Assembly (NCBI RefSeq): GCF_051307035.1
Contig: NZ_CP195536.1
Coordinates: forward strand, 1,170,001-1,202,000
Direction of reading: 5' to 3'
DNA from: Psychrobacter sp. DM4
GTDB lineage: Bacteria; Pseudomonadota; Gammaproteobacteria; Pseudomonadales; Moraxellaceae
Length of the DNA stretch: 32,000 nucleotides
In this document: piece by piece, positions 1-10,506 of the stretch
How positions within the stretch are numbered: position 1 is the stretch's first letter
How the letters are laid out: every line of letters starts with the position of its first letter
Notes under the pieces: generated by a model
The model's input: only the letters and a program-made list of their open reading frames with translations
What the model was told of the DNA's origin: nothing
Database searches by the model: none
Position numbers and translations under genes: made by a program

Positions 1-1284
1 ATTCCTTGGTCATTAATGGTATTCCAGCAGCGTAACGGTCGTATTGATCGCTATGGTCAAACGCAGCAACCTCTGATTCGTTATTTACTGACCGATAGCA
101 GTAACCAAAAGATTAAGGGCGATAATCGCATCCTAGAAGTGCTTATCGAAAAAGATGCTCAGGCTGGCAAGAACATTGGTGACCCCAGTGAATTTAACAA
201 AGAAGAGGGCGAGGCGATTACCGCGGAGCTGATAGAGCGTGATAATAACATCGATGATTTGGATGATCTGCTAGGAGACTTTTTTAGTGGTACAGATGAC
301 GGTGATAGCGAGCCTGTAGATATTGTTGAGGCATTCACCCCAACCAACGAGAGCTTGGCAGTTGATGAGATGCTGGGTATCCGCCCACAGATATTCGATA
401 ACGATATGGACTATGCTACGGCCGCAGTTAATTGGCTACAAGAAGATGCGAGTGTTGCGCTACAAGTTAGTATTGATGGCGATATGCTGCGCTTAACTGC
501 GCCTAGTGACCTCAAGCAGCGCCGACGCTTTTTACCAAAAGAGGTGTGGCCGCAAGACGATCGCTTTGTATTAACTAGCGACAGTCAAAAAATCAGTGAT
601 GAGCTCAAGCGTTGCCGAGAAGAAGACACCCCTTGGCCTAATATTCACTATCTGTGGCCCCTTCATCCTGTTGTGCAGTGGCTATATGATCGCTCGCTCA
701 ATGCGTTTGGTCGTCATACGGCTCCTGTCATCCGTATTCCGCAGCAGCTGGAGCAAGATGAGCATTGGTATGTGCTACATGGCGGTTTCCCCAATCGCCG
801 CGGGCAGGTACATCTACAAAGCTGGTGTGCCGTGCATATCAAAGACAATCAAGTTACTGACAGCTGCGATTTGGAAGAGTTCTTACAGCGGATAAACCTA
901 AATAAGCTGGTTAACCCAGGTCGCAGTAGTGATACCAGTGCGTTATCTAAGCTGTTACCTATAGCTATAAACCACGCCAAGCAACAGCTGGAGCAAGAAC
1001 GTATACAGTATGAGCAGACCAGTAATGCTGTATTAGAGAAACAAATAGACGCGCTAAATACGCTAAAGAGCAAGCACATTAGCCAGTTGGAGCTTGACCT
1101 AGAAGGCTTGAGCGGTAGCAAGCAAGATACAAAACGCTATAGCCGCGAAAGTGAAATTAATCGTATTTTTGATGATTACTTTGAATGGTTAGAAAATACG
1201 CAGCTCATTGAAAAACAACCTTACATACAAGTCGCCGCAGTCTTTACTGGCATGCCCCATCAGGATACAGGAGCCGTGCTATGA
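1..1284 (+). CDS. drmD: SNF2/SF2-family helicase, C-terminal part (5' end lies outside the window); DrmD-like member of a class 1 DISARM-like locus
   Basis: Frame 1 is open from nt 1 ([20 protein letters not shown]...), so the Met at 16 in the ORF track is internal. QxxGRxxRxGQ is helicase motif VI. The stop overlaps the next start (ATGA at 1281-1284). The DrmD label rests on context: it is adjacent to a giant N6-MTase, with a DUF1998 helicase downstream. Confidence 0.7.
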   Translation: MPWSLMVFQQRNGRIDRYGQTQQPLIRYLLTDSSNQKIKGDNRILEVLIEKDAQAGKNIGDPSEFNKEEGEAITAELIERDNNIDDLDDLLGDFFSGTDDGDSEPVDIVEAFTPTNESLAVDEMLGIRPQIFDNDMDYATAAVNWLQEDASVALQVSIDGDMLRLTAPSDLKQRRRFLPKEVWPQDDRFVLTSDSQKISDELKRCREEDTPWPNIHYLWPLHPVVQWLYDRSLNAFGRHTAPVIRIPQQLEQDEHWYVLHGGFPNRRGQVHLQSWCAVHIKDNQVTDSCDLEEFLQRINLNKLVNPGRSSDTSALSKLLPIAINHAKQQLEQERIQYEQTSNAVLEKQIDALNTLKSKHISQLELDLEGLSGSKQDTKRYSRESEINRIFDDYFEWLENTQLIEKQPYIQVAAVFTGMPHQDTGAVL

Positions 1285-4200
1285 ACTTAACCGGAATCAG
1301 TAATGAGAACGAATTTTATAGCCAACACTATATGGCAGAGATATTTGCCGGTGACAGTGATGTAAAAGGGCTTCAAGACAGCTGGCAACAGCAAGAAACT
1401 AAAGCTCGCGAAGCGGCACTGACTGAGCAAGATAAGAAAAATGCTTGGCGCACGCCTTGGAATCAAATGAGCAGAAATGCTCGAGAGACGTTGTTGCTAC
1501 TTGATGAATATGGTCACAAGCAAACCGCTATAGACAGACTAACCTTGGGTCGTGAGGTATTGCGTAGCTTGCTGTCTACCTTTGAGTTGCCTTATGCACC
1601 TCGTGCACAATATGTTGAGCATACCCAAAGTTATGTACCGCTACTGGGCGAGATAAAAAACAGCCAAGGCGAGCCGCTGTTATGGATTTTAGAAGCTCAG
1701 GCACTAGGCAGTGATTATGATGCTGATAGCGATCCACTGGCATTGCCTCTGCATTCGGCACAGATGAAAGGCTTAGAGGGTTATCCATCATTCGAGCAAC
1801 AGTCAGAGCAAGAGTCAGAAGACAACTGGCAAAAACTGCTATCTAGTACGATATTTAGCCAAACCCTGCCTCCACGCTGGGTCATTCTCGCCAGCCCATA
1901 TCAGTGGCTATTAATTGACCGCAGTAAATATGCTCAAAACCGTTTAATCCGCTTTGACTGGAAAGAGGTATTCAGTCGCCGTGAGTTAGATACTCTAAAA
2001 GCAGCCACTGTGCTGCTGCATAAAGAAGCTCTGTTAGATGCCAAGGGTCAAACGTTACTAGATACGCTTGATGAAAATGCGCACAAACATGCTTATGGCG
2101 TATCAGAGGATTTAAAATATGCACTGCGTGAGTGTATTGAGCTATTAGGTAATGAAGCATCACAGCAGCTGATTGCCAAAGCCAGTCAGAATAAAAAAGG
2201 GATTTTTAGTGGTAAAAACCAACTAGACCCTGATGAGCTGTCTCGCCAATGCTTGCGTTATATGTATCGATTGCTGTTTTTGTTCTATATCGAGGCGCGT
2301 CCTGAGCTTGGCTATGCGCCAACTGGTAGTGAGGTATATCTAAAAGGGTATTCATTAGAGCACTTGCGCGAGCTTGAGCTGATGCCGCTGACCAATGAGC
2401 AAGAGCGTCAAGGTCGATACTTTAACGATTCGCTGAATATTCTGTTTGCATTGGTATCAGAGGGTACGCCTGAGCAACAGCATGGTGATATGTTTGGCGC
2501 AGCGCAGCAGACCGGCCGTGATGCCTTTACCATGACCGCGCTCAAGTCGCACTTATTCGATCCCAAAAAGACTGCGTTACTAAGTAAGGTTGTCTTCCCG
2601 AACCATCTATTACAGCGTGTGATTCAGCTGATGTCGTTGAGCCGTCCGGACAAAAGCAACAAGCGTCGCCGTGGTCGTATCTCATACGCACAGCTGGGCA
2701 TTAACCAATTGGGTGCGGTCTATGAGGCATTATTGAGCTATCGCGGCTTCTTCGCTAACGAAGACTTGTATGAGGTAAAAAAGGCGGGCGATAAATATAA
2801 TATCCTAGATACTGGCTATTTTGTTAATGCTGAGGCATTAGAGCAATATAAAGACGATGAGAAGGTCTATGAAAAAGAGGCCGCTGACCAATACGGCAAT
2901 AAACAGCTGAAAAAATACGCTAAGGGTACGTTTATCTACCGTATGGCCGGCCGTGACCGTGAGAAGTCTGCGTCTTACTACACCCCAGAGGTGTTGACCA
3001 AAAGCTTGGTGAAATATGCGCTAAAAGAGCTGTACGCTCAGCAGCTTGAACCTCTGGCCAATGACCGTGAACGGGCTGAAAAGCTATTGCAGTTTACGGT
3101 GTGTGAGCCAGCGATGGGTAGCGCGGCGTTCTTAAACGAGGCAATCAACCAACTGGCTGAGAAGTATCTAGAGCTGATGCAAAGCGCAAACGATGAGCGT
3201 ATTGCCCAGCAAGACTATGTTAAAGAGCTACAAAAGGTCAAAATGTATCTGGCCGACAACAACGTCTATGGTATTGACTTAAACCCAGTGGCGGTAGAGC
3301 TGGCAGAAGTGTCATTGTGGCTAAACGCCTTGTCGGCAGACCGATTCGTGCCTTGGTTTGGGATGCAGCTGTATAACGGTAACTCCTTGATTGGGGCGCG
3401 CCGTGAAGTGTATAAGCTGACTCAGACCGGTGCCAAAAAGAACGACTCTAAGCAGTGGCTACAAAACGCCCCAGAAGCGGTTGCGATGAGCCAGCCGCGA
3501 GCGGAAGATGAGATTTGGCACTTCTTACTGCCTGCAGAGGGCATGGCCAATTATAAAGATAGGGAAGTAAAGAGCTTACATCCTAAGCAGTTTGATACCA
3601 TCAAAGACTGGCGCAAAGACTTCTTAAAGCCGTTCAATGGTGATGAGCAGCGCCGTCTAATGGCCCTTAGTGAGAAGGTTGAGGAGCTGTGGCAGCTGCA
3701 CACCAGAGAGCAGCACAATATCCGTCAAAAGACCACGGACCCTTACGATATCTACGGCATGCCCAGTACAGGCCGTACCCAGACCTCACTGGATTATAAA
3801 GATCAGGTATTGACCCAAGAGCTATATGCCGAGGGTCTAAGCAACAGTAGCGCCTTTGGTCGTCTCAAGCTGGCGATGGACTATTGGTGTGCGTTATGGT
3901 TTTGGCCGATTGAGCAAGCGGATGAGCTGCCAAGCCGTGATGAGTGGTTGTTTGAGTTAGAAAGCTTACTGTTGGGCGATACCATCGGGGTGCAGACAGG
4001 CAATCAGCAAGACTTGTTTGCAGAGACGCAGAACTTAGAGGAGGGCAAGCGCTTTGTCAGTAAATACGGCGTGGTCGATACCAAGCTGCTTAAGCAAGCC
4101 TTCCCGCGTTTGGGATTGGTTGAAGAGCTAGCTGATGAGCATAAGTTCTTCCACTGGACACTACAGTTTGCGGATGTGTTTGCGAAAAATGATGGTTTTG

Positions 4201-6260
4201 ATTTGATGCTGGGTAACCCGCCTTGGTTGAAAATTACATGGAACTCTGGTGATGTATTAGGCGATTTTGAACCACTTCTAATTTTGAGAAAGTTTACCGC
4301 TCCGAAAATGGCGAAGTTACGAGATGCAATATTTAATAGAAATCCTGATCTTACTAAGAGCTGGTTGAAAGATTATGAACAAAGTGATGGTGTATTAAGT
4401 TACTTAGGTGATGTAAGTAACTTTCCACTATTGCAAGGCGTTCAAACAAATCTCTATAAATGTTTTTTACCTCAAGCATGGAGCTATACTAATATTTGTG
4501 GAATAAGTGGGTTTCTGCACCCTGAGGGAGTATATGATGATCCTAATGGGGGTATCTTAAGAGAAGCAATATACAGGAGGCTTAAGGCGCACTTTCAATT
4601 TCAGAATCAACACATGTTATTTCCAATAGGTCATAGGAATAAATATAGTACTAATGTCTATGGAACATATAAAAAGAGTCCCTGGTTTAGTAATGTCGCA
4701 AATTTATTCTCGCCTAAAACAATAGACTTATGTTTTGATCATGATGGAAGAGGTATTGTTGGTGGAATCAAAGATGAAGAAACAAATAACTGGGACGAGT
4801 CAGGTCATGCTGACAGAATTATAGATATTACGGAAAAAGAGTTAGAGCTTTTTTCTAAACTCTATGATGAGCCAGGAACTAAAGCTTCAGCTGCACGTTT
4901 ACCTGCTATTCATGCTAAACAATTCCTAACTGTTTTAGAAAAATTCGCATCCCAACCTAAGCAACTTAGTGATATACAAGCAGAGTACTTTTCTACGCAA
5001 TTTTGGAATGAATCTGCTGCCCAGAGTGATGATACTATAAAGCGTGAAACGAAGTTTCCTAGTGATAACAATGAACTTGTTTTAGCTGGACCACACCTGT
5101 TTACAGGAAATCCTTTATATAAAACCCCAAGAGTAATATGCACTGAAAAAGCACACTATGACTGTCTTGATTTGATAACTCTACAGGATGGCTATCTACC
5201 TAGAACTAACTACGTACCTGCATGCGGTGTAGACTTATATAAGAGTAAGATACCTACCGTTAGTTGGGTTGATTACGGCTTCCAAAAGGAAAGAAAGGTT
5301 ACGGATTATTATCGTTTAGCTTTAAGAGCTATGATCAGTATAGGTGCAGAAAAGGGATTGGTATCAGCTTTAGCTCCTAAGGGTGTAGCGCATACAAATG
5401 GAGTAAGAACTTATGCTTTCAAGTCTAGCGAATTATTAGTAGCAATTTCAGGAGTATGCTTTTCAATAGTATATGATTTTATGATGAAGTTATCTGGTAG
5501 AACTAACTTGCATCAAAGCATTGAGGATTATGCTTTACCAGAAAAAGTTGTCAATAACCCTATGTTTGAAATTAGGGTTTTAGGATTATCATGTATTACT
5601 ACGAGCTACAATGAGCTTTGGGATGATTGCTGGGACTCAGATTTCAATGAACAAAGTTGGAGTATTGGCTCTGATAGCAATCACCCCGGTGCAAACGTCT
5701 TACCACAAGACTTCTTTAAGGAATTAACTCCTGAATGGCAACGTGATTGTGCTTTGCGTAGTGATTACTCCCGCCGGCAAGCACTGGTAGAGATTGATGT
5801 GCTGGTTGCACAAGCGCTTGGATTAACACTAGAAGAGCTGCTGACCATTTACCGCGTGCAGTTCCCAGTGATGCGTCAATATGAGGCGGACACTTGGTAT
5901 GACCAAAATGGCCGTATTGTGTTTACACCAAGCAAAGGGTTAGTCGGTGTTGGCTTACCACGTACCGCTCGTAAGTCAGACTTAAATGACGGCATTAGCT
6001 ACGCCATTACTCAATATGCCGACACTGATGATGAGGGCGGTAGCAAATCAATCAAACGCCAAGAGAGCGGTATTGCTTTAGGTTGGAATGACATTCAAGA
6101 TCTAAAAGCAGGCGACACCGTAAGCAAGACCTATATGGATGATACCCAACCTGGCGGCCCAGTAGAGCGCACCATTGTGTACGAAGCGCCCTTCTTTAAG
6201 CCTGATCGTGAAGAAGACTATGCGATTGCATGGACGTTCTTTGAAGAAAAGGGGGAGTAA
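1281..6260 (+). CDS. drmMI: Very large (1659 aa) N6-adenine DNA methyltransferase, Eco57I/type IIG-like; DrmMI-like
   Basis: SAM-binding motif I-like [15 protein letters not shown] (about 3100-3140). Catalytic motif IV NPPW at 4215-4226 ([10 protein letters not shown]). Its start is coupled to the upstream helicase (ATGA) and its stop to the next ORF (TAATG at 6258-6262). Size and neighbours match the class 1 DISARM methylase. Confidence 0.85.
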   Translation: MNLTGISNENEFYSQHYMAEIFAGDSDVKGLQDSWQQQETKAREAALTEQDKKNAWRTPWNQMSRNARETLLLLDEYGHKQTAIDRLTLGREVLRSLLSTFELPYAPRAQYVEHTQSYVPLLGEIKNSQGEPLLWILEAQALGSDYDADSDPLALPLHSAQMKGLEGYPSFEQQSEQESEDNWQKLLSSTIFSQTLPPRWVILASPYQWLLIDRSKYAQNRLIRFDWKEVFSRRELDTLKAATVLLHKEALLDAKGQTLLDTLDENAHKHAYGVSEDLKYALRECIELLGNEASQQLIAKASQNKKGIFSGKNQLDPDELSRQCLRYMYRLLFLFYIEARPELGYAPTGSEVYLKGYSLEHLRELELMPLTNEQERQGRYFNDSLNILFALVSEGTPEQQHGDMFGAAQQTGRDAFTMTALKSHLFDPKKTALLSKVVFPNHLLQRVIQLMSLSRPDKSNKRRRGRISYAQLGINQLGAVYEALLSYRGFFANEDLYEVKKAGDKYNILDTGYFVNAEALEQYKDDEKVYEKEAADQYGNKQLKKYAKGTFIYRMAGRDREKSASYYTPEVLTKSLVKYALKELYAQQLEPLANDRERAEKLLQFTVCEPAMGSAAFLNEAINQLAEKYLELMQSANDERIAQQDYVKELQKVKMYLADNNVYGIDLNPVAVELAEVSLWLNALSADRFVPWFGMQLYNGNSLIGARREVYKLTQTGAKKNDSKQWLQNAPEAVAMSQPRAEDEIWHFLLPAEGMANYKDREVKSLHPKQFDTIKDWRKDFLKPFNGDEQRRLMALSEKVEELWQLHTREQHNIRQKTTDPYDIYGMPSTGRTQTSLDYKDQVLTQELYAEGLSNSSAFGRLKLAMDYWCALWFWPIEQADELPSRDEWLFELESLLLGDTIGVQTGNQQDLFAETQNLEEGKRFVSKYGVVDTKLLKQAFPRLGLVEELADEHKFFHWTLQFADVFAKNDGFDLMLGNPPWLKITWNSGDVLGDFEPLLILRKFTAPKMAKLRDAIFNRNPDLTKSWLKDYEQSDGVLSYLGDVSNFPLLQGVQTNLYKCFLPQAWSYTNICGISGFLHPEGVYDDPNGGILREAIYRRLKAHFQFQNQHMLFPIGHRNKYSTNVYGTYKKSPWFSNVANLFSPKTIDLCFDHDGRGIVGGIKDEETNNWDESGHADRIIDITEKELELFSKLYDEPGTKASAARLPAIHAKQFLTVLEKFASQPKQLSDIQAEYFSTQFWNESAAQSDDTIKRETKFPSDNNELVLAGPHLFTGNPLYKTPRVICTEKAHYDCLDLITLQDGYLPRTNYVPACGVDLYKSKIPTVSWVDYGFQKERKVTDYYRLALRAMISIGAEKGLVSALAPKGVAHTNGVRTYAFKSSELLVAISGVCFSIVYDFMMKLSGRTNLHQSIEDYALPEKVVNNPMFEIRVLGLSCITTSYNELWDDCWDSDFNEQSWSIGSDSNHPGANVLPQDFFKELTPEWQRDCALRSDYSRRQALVEIDVLVAQALGLTLEELLTIYRVQFPVMRQYEADTWYDQNGRIVFTPSKGLVGVGLPRTARKSDLNDGISYAITQYADTDDEGGSKSIKRQESGIALGWNDIQDLKAGDTVSKTYMDDTQPGGPVERTIVYEAPFFKPDREEDYAIAWTFFEEKGE

Positions 6261-6937
6261 TGGACATTAGAAAAATACCACATATTCTCGAACAACTGGC
6301 TGACGTAAATGAGCAGTTAGTATCTTTATCGGATGATATTTGGCTGGGCATCGATCATCGTGATAATGAGTCAATTATCGAGGGCTCTCAGTTTATTCAA
6401 GATTATAATTTGGCAACCAGTCAACTGAGTAAGGCTGCTGCTGCTGTTGAACTACAACTTCTAACGTATTTTAAAAACGATATAGAAAGCGTACAGCCAG
6501 TCATTGAGCATGGCAATGATGACACGATAAAAAACCAGCGTATGATAAAAGAGTTGGATCGTAGCAAGGCTTACTCGCTAAACGATAACTTCACTTATAA
6601 GCGTCCCTATGGTTTTGTGCTAAAAGGTATCGCTTATACCAATATCACTACTTGGAAAGCAGTTTATCTAAAAGTTTTACATGCTCTTTATAAAGAAAGT
6701 CCTGCAGCATTTTCAGCATTGGTGACTGATAAACGCTTCATTAGCAAACGAGGAAATCCTTTATTTACAGAAGATCAAAAAAAGTTACGGGTAGCTCAGT
6801 CTTTGCCTGCTGGTTTTTATACCGAAGTGAATATGTCTGCCAATAGTATTAAGGATACGCTTTTACAAGTTCTTGCTTATTTTTCAATTGATGAAAAAGA
6901 GATGAAGATATATTTGCGCGAAGATCGAGATGCTTAG
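6260..6937 (+). CDS. Hypothetical protein (225 aa), translationally coupled to the methyltransferase
   Basis: The ATG overlaps the MTase TAA (TAATG). A purine-rich SD (AAGGGGGAG) lies just upstream, inside the MTase 3' end. I recognise no motif. AT-rich coding sequence. Confidence 0.6.
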   Translation: MDIRKIPHILEQLADVNEQLVSLSDDIWLGIDHRDNESIIEGSQFIQDYNLATSQLSKAAAAVELQLLTYFKNDIESVQPVIEHGNDDTIKNQRMIKELDRSKAYSLNDNFTYKRPYGFVLKGIAYTNITTWKAVYLKVLHALYKESPAAFSALVTDKRFISKRGNPLFTEDQKKLRVAQSLPAGFYTEVNMSANSIKDTLLQVLAYFSIDEKEMKIYLREDRDA

Positions 6938-6942
6938 CTGTT

Positions 6943-6975
6943 AGAAGAACAAGGCTGATTATTAGTTATTCTTCT
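6943..6975 (+). terminator. Weak AT-rich hairpin after the 225-aa ORF
   Basis: AGAAGAACAA (6943-6952) pairs with TTATTCTTCT (6966-6975), 9 of 10 bp, with a 13-nt loop and only TT after it. Weak as an intrinsic terminator. Confidence 0.3.
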
Positions 6976-7007
6976 TTAAGCTTAGCTATTTTTTTAAGCT
7001 TAACTAT
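6976..7007. repeat. Imperfect tandem direct repeat TTAAGCTTAGCTAT / TTAAGCTTAACTAT
   Basis: 14-mers at 6976-6989 and 6994-7007 differ at one position. Each contains the palindrome AAGCTT. They lie in the AT-rich spacer upstream of the GTPase gene. Confidence 0.4.
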
Positions 7008-7080
7008 GAAAATAATTATTTTATCAACTGAAAATTTTTAGAAAAAGAAATATCGAAAATAAATCTTACAACTTCTAAGC

Positions 7081-7114
7081 AGTAGTATTTCTTATAAATA
7101 TAAGAAGTAGTATG
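7081..7114 (+). promoter_or_regulatory. Candidate operator/promoter for the GTPase operon
   Basis: Perfect inverted repeat TTCTTATA-AA-TATAAGAA (7089-7106) is flanked by direct GTAGTAT copies (7082-7088 and 7107-7113). It contains -10-like TATAAA/TATAAG hexamers about 55 nt upstream of the ATG at 7160. Confidence 0.3.
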
Positions 7115-7159
7115 TACTAAGTGCTTATAAATTTTAACTATTTGAGGATCGAACTAAAT

Positions 7160-9595
7160 ATGTACGAATTGGATACTAATTTATTACGTGATGAAGCACA
7201 ACGTTTATTAAAACAAGAGATTAAAGTATTAGAGCAAATTCAAAGTACACCGAACCTATTAGTTCAAACAAACCAGGAAAACACTCAAACCCTTGATTCT
7301 GAATCTATTGTAGAAGCTATTAAGCGTTTAGAGGATGAAAGTTATAAGCTTAATAACCTTGAATTAGTCATAGCTGTAGTGGGAACAATGAAGGCAGGCA
7401 AGTCAACTACTATCAATGCTATTGTTGGCATGGAGGTCTTACCGAATCGTAATAGACCAATGACTGCTTTACCCACATTGATTCGTCATACTCGAGGAGT
7501 TACTGAGCCGCGTTTAATTTTTCAGAATACAGCACCTGTTAACACCCTAGTCAATGAGTTGAGTGAAAAATTAAAAAATGCGCCTAACAGTCTATTAAAG
7601 GAGCTTAACGAAAATGATGACATGCAAGAGCTGCTAGAACAGGTTAGAAGAAAACAATATTTTTCGGAAAACCACGAAGGTAGCGATGCAATTTTTAACT
7701 TTCTTAAAAGCTTGAATGACTTAGTTCGCTTATGTACAGAGCTTGAAGTAGATTTTCCATTTTCTGCTTATAGCCGTATTGAGAGTTTGCCTGTTATTGA
7801 GGTTGAGTTTATTCATTTAAGCCAGATGGGTCATATGCAAGGCCGTTTAACTTTACTTGATACTCCTGGTCCTAATGAAGCTGGTCAGAGTCATCTGCGA
7901 CCTATGCTTCGTGATCAACTCAAAAAAGCGTCTGCCATTTTGGCTGTGCTAGATTACACCCAGCTAAAGTCTGATGCTGACAATGAAATGCGTGAAAACT
8001 TAGAAGAAGTTGCAAGTGTAAGTGGCGAACGCTTATACGCACTAGTTAATAGATTTGATCAAAAAGATAGAAACAGTGATAGCTCGAATGAAGTGCGTAA
8101 ATACGTGTCGAGTAATTTAATGAAAGGGCTGATTCCTACTAATCGTGTATACCCCGTATCAGCAAGGTACGGTTATTTGGCAAGTCAAGCTAAGAATGAG
8201 CTTGCTATAAATGAATGTCTACCTAGTCACGACACTCATGAGTGGGTTACTGACTTTGCTAAAATAGCAATAGGTGGCTTCCGCTGGAAAGACCAAATTA
8301 ATGATATTGAGACAGTTACTGCTGCAGCTAATTATTTATGGGAAGAGTCGCAGTTCAACGAACCGCTAGAACATGTGATTCGTCAAGCTTACAGTAAGGC
8401 AGCTATTCTTACTATTGATTCCACAGCATCAAAAATGGTTGAGATTGCAGAGAATGCAAAAAATTTCTTAGGTACTCGTAAACAAGCTTTTAAGAAGAGT
8501 GTTGATGAGCTTCAACTTAGAATTGTCTCGCTGCAAGATAATATAGATTTTATTCAGAATAAGGAAAAGGCTGTTAGTAAGGATACTAATTCTGCTTTAA
8601 ATGACGTACGAAAAGGTATTCAAATCGCAGGTCAAGTAGCTCAAAAAGAAACACTGTCTATTCTTGAGACGTACTTTAAAGAAGGTAAGCGTATTGAGCG
8701 GACGAAGCAAAAAGAAAAAAAGAAAGGGCGTAGTACAAAACCTAAAAAAAAAGGTACTGAAAGTCCGATGCAAGAACTTGTGAAGCGAATTAGCTTAGGT
8801 GGCTATTCTAGTACTTCAGATAGAGAAGAAGACGCTCAAGACTTCGAGTTTAATGACAAACCACTTAAGTTCAAAGACCAAAATGAAGCTGAAGAGCTAC
8901 TCAACCGTATTGAAGCATCCATTGAGGCAGCAAGTAAAGATGCTGAAGAGACTTTACGTAAGGAGGTCCAGCAACAAATACAATCTTTCAGTGAGAGCTT
9001 TCAAGGTTATGTTGATGAAACTAAAAAAGTAATTGACAATATCAAAAAGGATATGGGTGACTTTGACTTAATTATCCGTTTACCAGATGTAAAAGACTTA
9101 CAGCTAGGCTTTGCTATCGATGAAGTATTAGATGATGCAACACAGAAAAGAAAAGAAAAAGAGACTCGCTCGCGTAGAAAGAGTGGAACATGGGGGAAAA
9201 TTTGTAGTTGGTTCAATACAAATGATTGGGGATGGGAAGACTATTCAGTCGACGTAGACGTATATTATGTTGATATAAAATCTATCAAGGCGCAAGTCAA
9301 AAAAGGAATTGGAATAGCTTTTAGCGACTTGGAGAAGACTCTTGGTTCAACAGTTGAAGCACAGTTAAATGAACAAGCTGATAGCTTTTTTACTGCTCTG
9401 ACAGCAAAGGTTGAGCATATTCGTGGCGACTTAATAGCTAGTATGGATGATAGGAAAAAAAGTCAAGAAGATCAGAGGCTACTACTAAATAGTTTAGAAG
9501 AATTAGAGAAACCTATTCCTCATTTATTGGGCGATAGCGAGGCTATCTTAAAAGATGTACGTGGTCTATTGCTAGGCGTAGGGATAGTAAAATGA
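7160..9595 (+). CDS. Bacterial dynamin-like GTPase (about 811 aa; YjdA/CrfC/LeoA-type large GTPase)
   Basis: G1 P-loop GTMKAGKST (7382-7408), G3 DTPG (7859-7870) and G4-like NRFDQKD. A long helical, charged C-terminal half contains a Lys-rich tract (KQKEKKKGRSTKPKKKG). Preferred start is ATG 7160 with GAGGA upstream; the ORF track's GTG at 7121 is an alternative. Confidence 0.8.
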   Translation: MYELDTNLLRDEAQRLLKQEIKVLEQIQSTPNLLVQTNQENTQTLDSESIVEAIKRLEDESYKLNNLELVIAVVGTMKAGKSTTINAIVGMEVLPNRNRPMTALPTLIRHTRGVTEPRLIFQNTAPVNTLVNELSEKLKNAPNSLLKELNENDDMQELLEQVRRKQYFSENHEGSDAIFNFLKSLNDLVRLCTELEVDFPFSAYSRIESLPVIEVEFIHLSQMGHMQGRLTLLDTPGPNEAGQSHLRPMLRDQLKKASAILAVLDYTQLKSDADNEMRENLEEVASVSGERLYALVNRFDQKDRNSDSSNEVRKYVSSNLMKGLIPTNRVYPVSARYGYLASQAKNELAINECLPSHDTHEWVTDFAKIAIGGFRWKDQINDIETVTAAANYLWEESQFNEPLEHVIRQAYSKAAILTIDSTASKMVEIAENAKNFLGTRKQAFKKSVDELQLRIVSLQDNIDFIQNKEKAVSKDTNSALNDVRKGIQIAGQVAQKETLSILETYFKEGKRIERTKQKEKKKGRSTKPKKKGTESPMQELVKRISLGGYSSTSDREEDAQDFEFNDKPLKFKDQNEAEELLNRIEASIEAASKDAEETLRKEVQQQIQSFSESFQGYVDETKKVIDNIKKDMGDFDLIIRLPDVKDLQLGFAIDEVLDDATQKRKEKETRSRRKSGTWGKICSWFNTNDWGWEDYSVDVDVYYVDIKSIKAQVKKGIGIAFSDLEKTLGSTVEAQLNEQADSFFTALTAKVEHIRGDLIASMDDRKKSQEDQRLLLNSLEELEKPIPHLLGDSEAILKDVRGLLLGVGIVK

Positions 9596-10506
9596 GCCAG
9601 AACTTACAACCGATAACTCCTGATTGTGTTTTACTAAAAACGCTAACTTCAATACCAGAAAAATTTATAGTAGATTTTGCAAACAGTATTGATGTTACTC
9701 GCGATCACTCAGAGGTACAGCGTGAGAGAAACAAGTTTTTTGCTCGCTGTTTTGATGGTTTTACAGGTAAAGATGTAAGACGTCAAAATGAAATTAATAC
9801 TAACTTAACTAATGCTGTTGAATGTTCATTGACATGGCTAACCGAGCTTACCCAAGACTTAGCTCATACTAATAATGCTATAACACGCGTCAATGAACGA
9901 GTTACTAAGTTAACTAGTCAGGTAACATACCTTGCACAGTATTCAGAAAATACTCGTCATAGATTAGATGAGTTGTCGCAAAATCTCAACGATCGCATGC
10001 TATGTTTAGATGAAGAGGTTATGCGAATTGGTTTTAATCAAAAAGTAATACTGCATCTTGACCAAGTTTTTAATAAATGGAGGGCTGGGCGTTTAGTAAG
10101 TTATTCGCCTGCTGGTCGTTGCTACGCAGCTATAGAAGAGTTACGGTGGGGTGCATTTGGTGATTTCTGCCTCAGTCATACAGGCTCTGAGAGAGATAGC
10201 TTTATGCAGCAAGCAGTAGATCGTGCAACTGCACAGCTAGCAACAGATGCAGAAATTAGCACTAGTACTAGATTGAGTTTTTATAGTGGTTGGTTGCAAT
10301 TGCCTCATAATACTAATCAAGATGACGACTGGCATCAGGCACTAAAGTATTTGGCGAATGGCTTTACTACGGATAAAGCGCCTTTAATTACAACTATTAC
10401 GCAAAAACTACCAGAAAGGCTAGGAGAGGTTCCTTTATTAGCAAATGCATCACGAATAGCTGAGACAATTGTTGATGAAGTATTTGCGGAGGAAAGTTAT
10501 GTCTGA
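9592..10506 (+). CDS. Hypothetical coiled-coil protein (304 aa), partner of the dynamin-like GTPase (possibly YjcZ/RdcB-like)
   Basis: The start overlaps the GTPase stop (ATGA at 9592-9595). The stop overlaps the patatin start (ATGTCTGA at 10499-10506). The central segment looks like heptad-repeat coiled coil (LTELTQDLAHTNNAITRVNERVTKLTSQV...). The YjcZ analogy rests only on the E. coli yjdA-yjcZ gene-pair architecture, not on sequence I could verify. Confidence 0.6.
   Translation: MSQNLQPITPDCVLLKTLTSIPEKFIVDFANSIDVTRDHSEVQRERNKFFARCFDGFTGKDVRRQNEINTNLTNAVECSLTWLTELTQDLAHTNNAITRVNERVTKLTSQVTYLAQYSENTRHRLDELSQNLNDRMLCLDEEVMRIGFNQKVILHLDQVFNKWRAGRLVSYSPAGRCYAAIEELRWGAFGDFCLSHTGSERDSFMQQAVDRATAQLATDAEISTSTRLSFYSGWLQLPHNTNQDDDWHQALKYLANGFTTDKAPLITTITQKLPERLGEVPLLANASRIAETIVDEVFAEESYV

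Noticed and set aside
159-1121. ORF-track entries 159-347(-), 596-895(+) and 849-1121(-) inside the SNF2 helicase gene
   Set aside because: They are antisense or alternate-frame ORFs fully embedded in a CDS with clear helicase motifs. Their translations are low-complexity (Ser/Leu-rich) with no motifs or RBS.
1576-5143. ORF-track entries 1576-1791(-), 1972-2163(-) and 4910-5143(-) inside the methyltransferase gene
   Set aside because: They are embedded antisense ORFs of 60-80 aa with no start context or recognisable domains. Such ORFs are expected by chance in a 5-kb gene.
7121-7159. GTG-initiated 13-codon N-terminal extension of the GTPase (MLINFNYLRIELN)
   Set aside because: The ATG at 7160 is preceded by GAGGA, and the extension adds nothing conserved-looking. 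It is kept only as an alternative start.
8799-9216. ORF-track entries 8799-9032(+) and 9007-9216(-) within the GTPase C-terminal region
   Set aside because: They are alternate-frame or antisense ORFs in a Lys/Glu-rich, A-rich coding stretch that naturally lacks stops in other frames. There is no independent support for them.
10469-10498. Upstream start at 10469 for the patatin gene (MLMKYLRRKV...)
   Set aside because: It lies within the 3' end of the 304-aa gene. The ATG at 10499 has a GGAGGA SD and gives the usual patatin N-terminus just before GGGAKG.
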